Source: Octopus vulgaris
Lineage: Eukaryota
Length of the DNA stretch: 64,000 nt
Assembly (NCBI GenBank): GCA_951406725.2
Contig: OX597824.1
Span: 19,468,001-19,532,000, forward strand
Direction: 5' to 3'
Numbering within the stretch: position 1 is the stretch's first letter; every line of letters starts with the position of its first letter. A program made the translations under genes and the position numbers. Positions 28,420 through 42,662 of the stretch are shown here, one piece after another. The notes below the pieces were generated by a model, which was not told where the DNA came from, did not search any database, and worked only from the letters and a program-made list of their open reading frames with translations.

Positions 28420-28492
<73 letters not shown>

Positions 28493-28555
28493 ATAGACAG
28501 AGACAGATAGATAGAAAGAGAGAGAGAAAGAAGAGGAGAGAGAAAAGATAGACAG

Positions 28556-28602
<47 letters not shown>

Positions 28603-28620
28603 AGACAGACAGATAGGGAG

Positions 28621-29064
28621 ACAACCGATGTTGGTGTGCTTACGTCCCCATAACTTAGCAGGTCGGCAAAAGAGACCGATAGAATTAGTATTAGGCTTAC
28701 AAAAGATAAGTCCTGGGGCCGATGAGTTCGACTAAAGGCGGTGCTCCAGCATGGCTGCAGTCAAAATGACTGAAACAAGTAAAAGAATAAAAGAATATAT
28801 TCTTTTATAAGCCTTTTTTATAAGCATTTTTTATAAGCCTAGGACTTATTCTATTGGGTTTATTTTTTGCCGAACTGCTAAGTTATGGGGACGTAAACGC
28901 ACCAGCATTAGTTGTCAAGCGATTGTGGGGAGACGAACATAGACACACAAACATACACACTCACACACACATACACACACACACACACACACATACACAC
29001 ACACATATATATATATATACTTATTTATTTATATATGTATGTATATATATATTTATATATGTAC

Positions 29065-29100
<36 letters not shown>

Positions 29101-29263
29101 GACGGATTTCTTTCAGTTTCCTTTTTGCCATGTTCATTCACAAAGGTTTGCTCAGCCCGAAGCTATACTAGATAACGCTTGCCCAAGTTGCCGTGCAGTG
29201 GGACTGAACCCAGAACCATGTGATTGGAAAACAAGCGTCCTACCACACAGCCAAATTTGTGCC
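28621..29263. mobile_element. SINE B 3' half (+, 28621-28795) and diverged SINE B (-, 28833-29263)
   Basis: Family blocks. Confidence 0.85.
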
Positions 29264-29324
29264 TGTGTATATACATACATGTATCCATATACAAACATAC
29301 ATACATACATATATACATACATAT

Positions 29325-30045
29325 ATGATGGCCGTCCGCTCGTGACCGAGGAAGACCATTGCTGATCTTTAAGAACATTTTGCGCTCTTGGCCTAACTTA
29401 TATTTTGCATTTATGGCTCCGTTGGTGGCTAATGAGCCCTGCCCTTGACAAGCATACACAACTGCAAACATTGTAAACCAAGCTTTCCCCATCCACTACA
29501 CCAGCAGTGCCCTTTCGAGCAGCATGCTTAAAGTCTTCATGCAAAATACGTGCTCTCTCAAAAGTGTCGACCCCCTCCTTAACCTGCTTCCTCCATCTGT
29601 GGCGATGACAGGCATTGCTCTCCCAGTCACTCTCCTGCGTATCACAGCCCTTTAATGAGGACTTGATACAGTCCTTAAATCGGAGCCTTGGTTTCTGCCG
29701 GGGTCTCTTTCCACTAACAAGTTCCCTATATAGCATCTCTTTAGGGATCCTGCTATCCTTCATTCTAATAAGGTGTCCAGTCCAACGTAACCAGTGCTTG
29801 TGCACCATTGCCTCAATACTCAAGATATCAGCGTTCCTCAGGACCTGCGTGTTTGGAGATTTTAGGGTCCAGTCAACATTCAGAATGTGTCTCAGACATC
29901 TCTGATGAAAGCGTTCAAGGACCGCTCCATGAGGTTTGTAAAGTGTTCATTTCTCACAGGAGCAAAGGAGCGATGTCAGTGCACATTAATTTTCGTTTGC
30001 TATGTGATGCCATGCAGGGACCCGACACGAGATTCAAGACAAACC
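29325..30045 (-). mobile_element. 5'-truncated RTE-clade LINE (RT C-terminus, zinc-finger-like tail, 3' UTR)
   Basis: LERFHQRCLRHIL...LRWTGHLIRMKDSRIPKEMLYRELVSGKRPRQKPRLRFKD...GLISHQRSH*. Confidence 0.92.
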
Positions 30046-30439
30046 TACATACATTCATACATACATACATACATACATTCATACATACATACATGCATAC
30101 ATGCATGCATACATACATACATAAATACATACATACATACATACATACATACATACATACATACATACATGCATGCATACATACATACATGCATACATAC
30201 ATACATGCATACATACATACATACATACATACATACATACATGCATACATGCATGCATGCATACATACATACATACATGCATACATACATACATGCATAC
30301 ATGCATGCATGCATACATACATACATACATGCAGACATACATACATGCATACATACATACATTCATACATACATACATTCATACATACATACATACATAC
30401 GTACATACATACATACATACATACATACATACACACATA
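30045..30439. repeat. (CATA/CATG)n tetranucleotide microsatellite
   Basis: Directly visible. Confidence 0.95.
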
Positions 30440-30886
30440 CGAGATCTGATCAATGTGTGTCCGGACCGTTGTCATAGTAATGAACCTAAAGCACGCTGTG
30501 TGAAGCCGCTTGGTGTAGATTGGTCTTAGACTCTGTTGTACATGCGCACTAAGTTTTAACGTTCTAGCTCACTTCCGCTGTTTACAGCAGTGCTTAGAAG
30601 AAACGTGTGTAGCATGTGATCATCGTATTGAAATTTGTCATGGTGATACCTGCTCAGAGGCCGTCACAAAGTTGCAGAAAGTGTATGGAGAGGAGTGTAT
30701 GAGCTGCACACAAGTGTACGACTGGTTCAGACGTTTCCAAGATAGCCGAAAAAATGTCGATATTGTCGAACGTTCTGGGAGACCCGCAACCAGCAGAACT
30801 GAGAAAAACATTGCAGGTGTGCATGCAGCTGTGAGGGAAAATCATCAAATCACCATCCGTGAGATATCACAGGATGTGCAGATTAA

Positions 30887-30919
<33 letters not shown>

Positions 30920-32506
30920 CTTCTTCTTCTTCTTCTTCTTCTTCTTCTTCTTCTTCTTCTTCTTCTTCTTCTTCTTCTTCTTCTTCTTCTTCTTCTTCTT
31001 CTTCTTCTTCTTCTTCTTCTTCTTCTTCTTCTTCTTCTTCTTCTTCTTCTTCTTCTTCTTCTTCTTCTTCTTCTTCTTCTTCTTCTTCTTCTTCTTCTTC
31101 TTCTTCTTCTTCTTCTTCTTCTTCTTCTTCTTCTTCTGCTTCTTCTTCTTCTGCTTCTTATTCTACCTCTTCTTCTTCCTCTCCCTCTTCTTCTTCTTCT
31201 TCTTCTTCTTCTTCTTCTGCTTCTTCTTCTTCTTCTTCTTCTTTTTCTTCTTCTTCCTCTCCCTCTTCTTCTTCTTCTTCTTCTTCTGCTTCTTCTTCCT
31301 CTCCCTCTTCTTCTTCTCCCTCTTCTTCTTCTTCCTCTCCTCTTCTTCTTCTTCTTCTTCTTCCTCTCCCTCTTCTTCTTCTTCTTCTTCTTCTTCTGCT
31401 TCTTCCTCTCCCTCTTCTTCTTCTTCCTCTCCCTCTTCTTCTTCTTCTTCTTCTTCCTCTCCCCTTCTTCTTCTTCTTCTTCTTCTTCTTCTTCTTCTTC
31501 TTCTTCTTCTTCTGCTTCTTTCTCTCCCTCTTCTTCTTCTTCCTCTCCTTCTTCTTCTTCTTCTTCTTCTTCTTCTTCTGCTTCTTCCTCTCCCTCTTCT
31601 TCTTCTTCCTCTCCCTCTTCTTCGTCTTCTTCTTCTTCCTCTCCCTCTTCTTCTTCTTCTTCCTCTCCCTCTTCTTCTTCTTCTTTTTCTTCTTCTTCTT
31701 CTTCTTCTTCTTACAGCATTCACCATGGGTGGGTTGAGCCGGCTTCATTCATCCTCAATGCTGCATCTCTCACAAACGCCGACCAGGCCTGGCGATTTGA
31801 GGCTAATAACGACGGCGTGATCTCCAACCACTCCTTATTCCAGCGGCGAACGCCGTAGATATGGGGGGGCCTAGGTTGGGTTCCAGATCAGCTTTGACTG
31901 TCATCAGCCAGGTTTTTCGTTGTCCACCAACCACATCGTTTTCGCCAACCCTGAAGGGGAGCTGGGGCAATTGGTTAGTAAATGAATTCTCCTGGTTGAC
32001 GATGGAGGGCATGACCCAGCCAACGCAGACGTCTCGTTAGGATTACATGTCGGAGGGAGGTGATTCTGCACCAGTGCAGATTAATTACAGTTCAGTTCAG
32101 TCCGTTATCACTGACAATTTGGGTGTGAGACGCGTGTCTGCCAAGTCTGTGCCAAAACTGCTTTCAGCTGACCAAAAAAGATACTCGGGTTTCAGTTGCA
32201 CAAGATCTCCTTGATTGTGTCGAGAACGATAAAAACTTTGCGTAGGCCTTTGAGCAAGTATCGCCAAGCTTTTGACAAAATTTGATGCAGATTCTCTACT
32301 CAATTCTGTCAAGGTCAATGCGACGATCACACGCTACACACGTTCCTTCGAAGCACTGCTGTAAACAGCGGATTTGAGCTAGAACTTTAAAATTTAGTGC
32401 GCATGCACGGCATCGTTCAAGGTCAATCTGTGCCAAGCGGCTTCGCTCTGCGTTCTTCAGCTTCGTTACTATGACAACCGTCCGGATACTCACTAATCAG
32501 ACCACG
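30440..32506 (+). mobile_element. Mariner-derived fold-back element built from two inverted 5' ends, interrupted by an RTE
   Basis: TA at 30438-39 and 32507-08; about 200-270 bp inverted arms; transposase N-terminus KLQKVYGEECMSCTQVYDWFRRF..ERSGRP..ITIREISQDVQINY|SSVQSVITDNLGVRRVSAKSVPKLLS; no DDD catalytic domain. Confidence 0.9.
30891..32073 (-). mobile_element. 5'-truncated RTE LINE with ~820-bp (GAA)n tail and 15-bp TSD
   Basis: GTGCAGATTAATTAC at 30876-30890 and 32074-32088; translation with frameshifts RRLRWLGHALHR..GGQRKTWLMTVKADLEP..ASNRQAWSAFVRD. Confidence 0.92.
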
Positions 32507-32697
32507 TACGTACGTACATTCATACATTGTGTGTGCGTGTGTAAAGCGGTGAGTAAGCAAGCAACGTTCAGTAAGCTGAGGGCGAAGTCAAAGGTTCGCA
32601 GCCCCATCACAATGGCCTACACCAAGTCCACCTAGTCCACCTAACTGTGATTATGTGTTAACAATGACAGCCAGCGAGGGAAGGACAGAAGGGTGGC

Positions 32698-32735
<38 letters not shown>

Positions 32736-32928
32736 AGACGGAATGTAATATAATACAACCTGCCCCTACATACGCCATTGTGAAGCAATTTCTTAGCAAC
32801 ACCACCAACAACAATATCAACAACAACAGCAGCAGCAGCAGCAGTAGCAGCAGCAGCAGTTGATATTGTCAATAACAATGGTCAAATGTGGGGCGAGAAT
32901 TAGTCAAATTTCCAACTGAAGTAACATC

Positions 32929-32987
32929 ACTCTCTCTCTCTCTCTCTCTCACTCTCTCTACTCTCAAACGCTCTGTCGCTCTCTCTT

Positions 32988-33047
<60 letters not shown>

Positions 33048-33077
33048 GGTCTTTCTCTACTCTCAAACGCTCTGTCG

Positions 33078-33133
<56 letters not shown>

Positions 33134-33465
33134 ATATATATTTCTTCCTCTCTCCTTCATCTCGTTCACTTTCTCCTTACATCTATTTACTTATCTGTCT
33201 ATTCCTATTTTTTTTTTTTCTTTCTTTCTTTCTCTATCGCTGTCTCTCTTCCACTCTTTCTCTCTCTCTCTCTTCTTCCTTCTCTCTCCCTCTCTCTATC
33301 TATCTATTTATCTCTCTCTCTCTTCTCTCTCTCACTCTATATATATATATATATCTTACCTATATTTTCTATCTCTCTCGTTCACCTCTCTCTCTCTATC
33401 TATCGATTTTTCTATATATCTATATCTATCTATTTATCTCTCTCTTTCTCTCTCTCTCTCTCCCC

Positions 33466-33511
<46 letters not shown>

Positions 33512-33660
33512 TACCTATATTTTCTATCTCTCTCGTTCACCTCTCTCTCTCTCTCTCTCTCCCTATCACTCTGTCCTTCTCTCTCTCCCTCCCTCTGTCT
33601 CTCTATCACTCTCTCCCCCTCTCTCTCTCTATCTCTCTCCCTCCCCCTCTCTCTCTCTCT
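32929..33660. repeat. (CT)n-rich polypyrimidine field
   Basis: Directly visible. Confidence 0.93.
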
Positions 33661-33840
33661 GATGTTATTACTCTCGCTGCTGCTGCTGCTGTTGCCGTTG
33701 TTATTGATGCTCTTCACGATGAAGTGGCTGTCGTTGTTATTGTTGTTGTTGTTGTTGGCTGGTGTTTCTGTCAGTTTTGTGATTGTTGTCTATGCTGTTG
33801 TTGTTGTTGTTGTTGTTGTTTTACTCTTGTTTGTTTCACA

Positions 33841-34918
33841 GTATGTATGTATGTATGTATGCATGTATGTATGTATGTATGTATGTATGTATGTATGTAT
33901 GTATGTATGTATGTATGTATGTATGTATGTATGTATGTATGTATGTATGTATGTATGTATGTATGTATGTATGTATGTATGTATGTATGTATGTATGTAT
34001 GTATGTATGTATGTATGTATGTATGTATGTATGTATGTATGCATGTGTATGTATGTATGTATGTATGTATGTATGTATGTGTATGTATGTATGTATGTAT
34101 GTGTGTATGTATGTATGTATGTATGTATGTATGTATGTATGTATGTATGTATGTATGTATGTATGTATGTATGTATGTATGTATGTATGTATGTATGTAT
34201 GTATGTATGTATGTATGTATGTATGTATGTATGTATGTATGTATGTATGCATGCATGTATGTATGTGTGTATGTATGTATGTGTGTATGTATGTATGTAT
34301 GTATGTATGTATGTATGTATGTATGTATGTATGTATGTATGTATGTATGTATGTATGCATGCATGTATGTATGTATGTATGTATGTAATGTATGTATGTA
34401 TGTATGTATGTATGCATGTATGTATGTATGTATGTATGTAAGCATGTATGTATGTATGCATGCATGTATGTATGTGTGTATGTATGTATGTGTGTATGTA
34501 TGTATGTATGTATGTATGCATGTATGTATGTATGTATGTATGTAAGCATGTATGTATGTATGCATGCATGTATGTATGTGTGTATGTATGTATGTGTGTA
34601 TGTATGTATGTATGTATGTATGTATGTATGCATGCATGTATGTATGTATGTATGTATGTATGTATGTATGTATGTATGTATGTATGCATGCAGGCATGTA
34701 TGTATGTATGTATGTATGTAAGCATGTATGTATGTATGTATGCATGCATGTATGTATGTATGTATGTATGCATGTATGTAAGCATGTATGTATGTATGTA
34801 TGCATGTATGTATGTATGTATGTATGTATGTAAGCATGTATGTATGTATGTATGCATGCATGTATGTATGTATGTATGCATGTATGTATGTATGTATGTA
34901 TGTATGTATGTATGCATG

Positions 34919-34949
<31 letters not shown>

Positions 34950-35066
34950 GCATGTATGTATGTATGCATGCATGTATGTATGTGTGTATGTATGTATGTG
35001 TGTATGTATGTATGTATGTATGTATGTATGCATGTATGTATGTATGTATGTATGTATGCATGTATG
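33841..35066. repeat. ~1.2-kb (TATG)n microsatellite with recurrent TAAG/CATG/TGTG variant blocks
   Basis: Directly visible. Confidence 0.97.
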
Positions 35067-35280
35067 ATCCGTGTCTGTTTGTGTATGTACTGCGGTCGAT
35101 TCATTGGACTACGAATTCTCTAAGGTGGTGCCCCAGCATGGCCGCAGTCTAATAACTGAAGCAAGTAAAAGCTATGCGTATGTGTGTCCGTGTGTATATG
35201 TATGCATGCATGCATCTATGTATATATGCCTATGTGTTTATACATGTATGAGCGTGTGTTTGTGTAAGTATGTGCGTGAA

Positions 35281-35342
<62 letters not shown>

Positions 35343-35542
35343 GTGGTATGTTTACGCTGGACATAGCATTAACCTCGCTCCTGAATAACCTCATTCTTTT
35401 CTTTCTCCTTCTCCTCTCTCTCTCTCTCTCTTTCTTTCGGTCATTCGCTTTATTTCTCTTTTTCTTTCACTACATTTCCTTTCTTTCACGACCACTCCAC
35501 CCCCACCATCACCACCACAACAACCATCCCCTTTCTCATTCA

Positions 35543-35617
<75 letters not shown>

Positions 35618-36099
35618 GGTCTTTTCTACATTGTGGTTTCGTCGCCATAACCACAAACATCCGTTTTACTCGTACCCAGACCAGAACCGGCTGGAGACCG
35701 ACCGCTACCAACGCCCCACCAACAACAAGACCACTAATATCGCCACCGACACCACCACCATTCGAATCATTCAGTCGTGCCTCTTTCACCACAAATAGCA
35801 CCGTAGCCACAAACAATGAATACATCCTCGGCCACGACCAAGAAACCTCGCAATATATTCTAGATTAGGTATACTCAGCCATTTTGTTTTTCCTCTATGG
35901 ACCTCCTTTGATAACTATTCTGTTCTGGTGGATCCCCAAAGCCATTCGATGTTTAAAAACTAATTTTATAGAAACTTCTTCCAAAATCCCTATTTTGTTA
36001 TTCGCACATTGACTTGTGTAGGTTGAATTCTGTAAAATGTTAGAGAAAGAAACTTAGCTATTTCTTGCAATACATACCAATACATACGTACATCTAAAG

Positions 36100-36152
36100 C
36101 AGAGGTTCTTAACCATTCTTTTTTTTTTTTATCTATGAACCCCTTTGATGAC
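36100..36152 (+). mobile_element. Possible hAT (Charlie-like) MITE left end
   Basis: CAGAGGTTCTTAACC preceded by ATCTAAAG (NTCTARAN-like target); similar decayed block at 35866-35915; right end not located. Confidence 0.35.
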
Positions 36153-36840
36153 TGTCAGGTTGAGTAAAAAGTAAGCAACGTTTTGAACTATGAAGAATTT
36201 GCACCAGGTTTTTGCAGAGTTTTGAATTTTATTTTAAGCATTTTTTTTTTCCATTGTCTGATAATACAGACATAGACTTGCTCAAATGCATCAATAAATT
36301 AACATTGATATTTTTTCACCAATGTCACAGTCTTCTGAACTGGAACTGTCAAGCGCGATATTCGAGTAATTTTGCTATTCAACTTCATAAAAGGACTTAA
36401 AGCAGCTGAAACTGCTCGCGATATCAATGAAACGTTTGGTGAGGGAACGACCAGTGAGTTGTCAGTTCGAAAATGGTTTAAATGATTTCACAGTGGAGAT
36501 CTGAGCCTTGAAGATCGTGAGCGTGGGACGCCCATCTGTCGTCGATGACAGTCAATTATAGACTGTCATTGAGAAAAATCCACGTAAAGCAACTCGAGAA
36601 TTGACAAAAGAACTTCAAAATAGCTCGACAAATGGGTACACAATATTTGAATGAATATCAGAAAATGTGCAGATATTTGCTCGTCACTTCTTCTCCGTTA
36701 CCAGATCAATCCATTTCTTGACCGTATTGTAACTTGCGAGGAAAAGTGGATTCTGTGCAATAATAAAAACACGTTCTTCGCGGTGGTTGAACCAAAATGA
36801 AGCACCGAAAACCTCTCCTAAACCCGAGCTCTTCAAAAAG
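36153..36840 (+). mobile_element. Decayed mariner transposase 5' portion, truncated by a SINE B head
   Basis: AAETARDINETFGEGTTSELSVRKWFK*FHSGDLSLEDRER, PFLDRIVTCEEKWILCNN, WLNQNEAPKTSPKP; stops and frameshifts. Confidence 0.85.
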
Positions 36841-37140
36841 GTTATAGTAGAAGACACTTGATCAAGATGCCACGCAGTGGGACTGAACCTAGAACCATGT
36901 GTTTGGGAAGCAAGCTTCTTACCACACAGCCACTCGTGCGTCTTTTTTGTAGATGCATAACCAATATAATTAACACAAGAGGGACCCGTGAATATTTCGC
37001 GGGATTAATGGTAAACCTTTTGGGTTATTTCTGAAAACTTCATCCCAAAAACCTGAAACTGTAGCCTGTGTGGTGTCTGTATGGAAAGATAGTCGCTCAT
37101 CTGCTGCTCATTGAAAAGTGAAGGAAATTGATACTTATAT

Positions 37141-37353
37141 ACTCTTTACTCTTTTACTCTTTTACCTGTTTCAGTCATTTGACTGCGGCCATGCTGGAGC
37201 ACCGAATTTAGTCGAGCAAATCGACCCCGGGACTTATTCTTTGTAAGCCTGGTACTTATTCTATCGGTCTCTTTTGCCGAACCGCTAAGTGACGGGGACG
37301 TAAACACTCCAGCATCGGTTGTCAAGCAATACTAGGGGGACAAACACACACAC

Positions 37354-37403
<50 letters not shown>

Positions 37404-37832
37404 TACGACAGGCTTCTTTCAGTTTCCGTCTACCAAATCAACTCACAAGGCATTGGTCGGCCCGGGGCTATAGCAGAAGACACTTGCCCAAGATGCCACG
37501 CAGTGGGACTGAACCCGGAACCATGTGGTTGTTTAGCAAGCTACTTACCACACAGCCACTCCTGCGCCTTTACACTTCATATATATCTACTTTATGCACA
37601 ATTTCATAGATTTGATGCACAACGCTCTGCCTCTTTTTCTCTCTCACTTTTCTTTCGCTCTTCGTCTACCCCGTCAGCTAATCACGTGAAAGCGTTACAG
37701 ACGGGCTAAGTAACGGAGGAAAAAAACTTCCCCTTCCCTAAAACTAGTTTTTAAACTGGCATTGACAGTCCACCAGAATAAAATATCAGGTTGAGTGGAT
37801 TTGGTAGACAGAAACTGAAAAGAAGCTCGTCG

Positions 37833-37908
<76 letters not shown>

Positions 37909-38280
37909 TATACGTGTGTGTGTGTGTCCCACCACCATCGCTTGACAACCGATGTTGGTATGTTTACGTCCCCATAGCCTAGCGGTTCGGCAAAAGCGAG
38001 CGATAGAATAAAAAAGATTAAGTCTTGGGGTCGATTTGTTCGACTAAAGGCGATGCTCCAGCATGGCCGCAGTCAAATGACTGAAACAAATAAATAAATA
38101 ATTCATATGTATAGGCATGTGTGTGTGTGTGTGTGTCCCACCACCGCTTGACAACCGATGTTGGTGCGTTTACGTCCCCTGTAACCATGCGGTTCGATAC
38201 AATAAGTTCGTCTAAAACTCTTCGAAGCGGTGCCCCAGCATGGCCGCAGTCTAATACCTGAAGCAATTAATTAAAAGATA
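37141..38280. mobile_element. SINE B copies: 37141-37568 (-), 37790-38090 (+), 38115-38280 (+, partial)
   Basis: Family blocks. Confidence 0.88.
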
Positions 38281-38699
38281 ACCATCGCCATCACCATCGT
38301 CATCACCAAATCAAATACAACCATCCTAACACCATCGGTGCCACCACCACCACCACCACCACCACCTTCGCCATCACCTTCACTACCACTGCCACCGATA
38401 CTATGAAAACAACTACAACAGAGCTACAACCGTAACAACAACACCAGAACTTCAGGTACAATACAAGTAATTCTCAAACTGTACTAGCACCGAAACCACA
38501 ACGCAAATACCACTATAAGAGCATTGTCAGTACCTCAAGCTGATCACAACTACCACTGTAATGAAACTACCGATACTACAGCTAGCACTGTAATGATACA
38601 AAGAGCTTTGACCACAACACTAGCACCCCAACTACAACGCCATCAGTGTCACAATCACAACGTTTACAAACAACTATCACTGCCTCACAACTAGCAAAA

Positions 38700-39480
38700 A
38701 CTATGGCAACGCCATCACAACCACCACTACCATCACCACGACCACCGCCATCACAACTACCACTATCGCCACCGCCACCGCCACCACCATCACCACCACC
38801 ACTACCATCACACCACGACTATCGCCATCACAACTACCACCATCACCACCGCCACCACCACCACCACCACAACCACCACCACCACCACCACCACTACCAC
38901 CGCCATCACAACTACCACCATCACAACCACCACCACCATCACCACCACCACTACCATCACACCACGACTATTGCCATCACAACTACCACCATCACCACCT
39001 CCACCACCACCGCCATCACAACCACCACCACCACCACCACCACACCACCGCCATCACAACTACCACCATCACAACCACCACCACCATCACAACCACCACC
39101 ACCATCACCACCACTACCACTACCATCACACCACGACCATCGCCATCACAACTATCACAACCACCACCACCACTACCACCGCCATCACAACTACCACCAC
39201 CACCACCACCACCACCACCACCATCACAACCACCACCACCACCACCACCACCACCACCATCGCCACCACCACCACCACCACCACCACCGCCATTACAACT
39301 ACCACTCCCCCGCCGCATAACCTCTAAACACCATACAAATCAACAAACTACCGCCACTGTAACCCAAACATCAACACCACTATCGCCGCCGCCACCACCG
39401 GCCCCACCAACCACCACAACCAACACCAACAACACTACTACCACCACCACCACCACCACCACCGCCGCCGTCGCCACCAC
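38700..39480. repeat. Degenerate (ACC)n field with cgccatcacaactaccacc subunit
   Basis: Directly visible. Confidence 0.9.
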
Positions 39481-39605
39481 TACTACTGCTGCTGCCTTTT
39501 CAGTAACCTTCAACCCCTAAAGAGACGAAATACACAAAAACTGACCAGCCCTCTCCTCCCCCTCTTTTTGTCCCTCCTTCTCCTTCTTCTACACAGGCAT
39601 TACTA

Positions 39606-39649
<44 letters not shown>

Positions 39650-40393
39650 GTATGTATACACACACATATATATATACATGTATGTATAATTAACCCACTA
39701 ACCGACTTCTAGTGGTGCCGAGGGTATTGTGGGGGCGATGGGGTTAGCGTATGGTCCGAGTAGGGACTTGGGCCTTTTGTTGTTGTTGACGTTAGTGGTA
39801 GTAATGGTGGTGGTAGCGGTGGTGGTGGTTGTGGTGGTGGAGGTGATGATGGTGGTGGTGGTGGTGGTGGTGGTGGTGGTGGTGGTGGTGGTGGTGGTGG
39901 TGGTGGTGGCTGCAATGGTGTTAGTGACAGCGTTAAAGTAGCGGTTGTGTGACTGTGTGTATGTGTGACTGTGTGTGTGTGTGTGTGTGTGTGTGCATGT
40001 GTGTGTGTGTGGTACCGCTCACCACTCGCTTAGTGGCCGCCCTGATTTGATGGAAAGGACAGAACTGGGCTTATTACAGGGACAAGAGAAAGAAAGTAAA
40101 GAGGAACGAAGACGGTAGGTAATGGGGTGGGTGGGTGGGGGTGAGAGGGGTAAAAAGAAAGGGAAGCAGACATAGAGAGAGAGAGAGAGAGGAGTGAGAA
40201 TGAGGTTAGAGAGAAGTGGGAGGAAAAAGGGTCAGAGACAGACAAGCATGTATAGGTATGTATACACACACACATATATGTGTGTGTATACATATATATG
40301 TCTGTGTGTGTGTCTGTATTTGTATATACGTACATGTGGGAGAGAGGGGATGGCTATAGATATACACATAGCTAGATGCCCCCCCCCCGTTTC

Positions 40394-40464
<71 letters not shown>

Positions 40465-40712
40465 GATAGATGGATAGATAGATAGATGTATATATAGATG
40501 TGAATGTATATATACATATATATACATAACTATACATACACATAATATATATCTATACTATATATACATACATATATAATATATATGCATAAATATATAC
40601 ACATATACATATATATATAAATGTAGACATACATGCATATATATACGTACATATATGTATATGTTTTATTTATTAATTCATTATATATCTATATATATCT
40701 ATATAAATGTAT

Positions 40713-40762
<50 letters not shown>

Positions 40763-40873
40763 GTGTGTACATAAAACGTGTACGCATATACACAAACATA
40801 TGGTTCTTCTTTTACCCATACGTACACACCCACTAGTTCCTCCCCCACCTTCAATAACATACACACACACAAA

Positions 40874-40907
<34 letters not shown>

Positions 40908-41005
40908 GTACTCATATGCGTACACGCAAGACACCCTATTACATGCATACCTACACAAACACATAGCTTCAAAACACACGAGGGTTTCTGCTGCTTATAT
41001 TTTCG

Positions 41006-41036
<31 letters not shown>

Positions 41037-41040
41037 ATGT

Positions 41041-41102
<62 letters not shown>

Positions 41103-41389
41103 GTGAATATCCTTCCCCAAGCGCTGCTACCTACTATTGCCTATTGCCACCTTAAATCTCAACCAGCGAACGGCCATTCTTCGTTGACCTTATCAAGTAA
41201 CAATGAGGCGAGCTTGTATATAGAGGGACTGCTGTAACTATTGAAGTAGAAGGAGGGAGGGTGGGGGTGGAGGGAGAAAGGACGAGGAGGGCGAAGGGCA
41301 GATATGGCGGGTGGTGGTGGTGGTGGTGGTGGTGGTGGTGGTGGTGTGGTTGAGTGACTGGCGGCGGGTCGTTGGTGGCGACGTGGAAA

Positions 41390-41427
<38 letters not shown>

Positions 41428-42228
41428 GGAGCGAGCGAGATAGAGAGAGAGAGACAGAGAGTGGGTGAATGAGAGACGGGTGAGTGCTAGAAAGAAAGAG
41501 TAAGGATTCTGAAGAGAAGGTTGTGAGAAGAAGAAGAAGAAGAAGGAATAGAAGAAGAAGAAAAATGAGGGAGAACGATGATGAAAAAGATTGAATGAAG
41601 AAGAAGGAGAAGAAGAAGAAGAAGAGATGAAGGAAAAAGATTGAATGAAGAAAAAGAAGAAGAACAAGGAGAAGGAGAAGGAGAAGGAAAAAGATTGAAT
41701 GAAGAGATAGAAGAAAACCGAAGTGGAATGAAGAGGAAGAAGGAGGAGGAGGAGGAGAAGAGAAGAAGTAGATTGAAAAAGATTGAATGAAAAGATTGAA
41801 GAAAAACGAAGAAGAAGAAGATGTAGAAGAAGAATGTAGAAGAAGAAGAAGAAGAAGAAGAAGAAGAAGAAGGAGAAGAAGAAGAAGAAGAAGAAGAAGA
41901 AGAAGATTTAGAAGAAGAATGTAGAACATGAAGAAGAAGAAGAAGAAGAAGAAGAAGAAGAAGAAGAAGAAGAAGAAGAAGAAGAAGAAGAAGAAGATGT
42001 AGAAGAAGAAGTAGAACGAACGAACGAACGAAAAAGAACGAAGAAGACTGAATGAAGAAGAGACAAGCAGCGGAGGCGGAGGCGGTGGCGGCGACGTCGG
42101 AGGAGGAGGTGGAGGCGGCGCTGTGTGTTGGACGTCGACGAGGTCTGCAACAGACTGTGGGAAAAAACAGTTTTTTTTTTTTCGCCTTCAGTGGACGTCC
42201 TAACACAGGCGAGAGTGTGTGAGAGAAG

Positions 42229-42264
<36 letters not shown>

Positions 42265-42604
42265 AGGGAGAGCAGGGCAGGGACAAAGAGACAGAGAGAG
42301 TGAGAGAGAGAAAAAGAAGGACAAACGAAAACAGAAAAGTATACACACACACAAACACACACATATATATATACATATACATATATATATATACATGCAG
42401 TCAGGGTACGTGTATCTGTGAGTGTATATATATATCAGCCAGAGTGTGAGGGGCGATAGAGTTGTGAGGTCACAAGTTTAGCCTAGCTCTTCTTATTTCA
42501 ACTAAGTGTCGCTGGTTTGTAAGCTGACTGGCAGACGGACGCATGTGTGTGTGTGTGTCGTGTGTCTGCTGGGGGCGGAGGGCGGACCCGTTGTATGTAT
42601 GTAC

Positions 42605-42662
<58 letters not shown>

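Noticed and set aside
30672-31820. 382-aa ORF
   Set aside because: Mariner N-terminal fragment running into the TTC tail of an inserted RTE.
32888-35152. Long MYVC/HTYI-repeat ORFs
   Set aside because: (CT)n and (TATG)n translation artefacts.
35630-35865. Unique Pro/Thr-rich island as an exon
   Set aside because: No convincing splice-site pair or recognisable protein.
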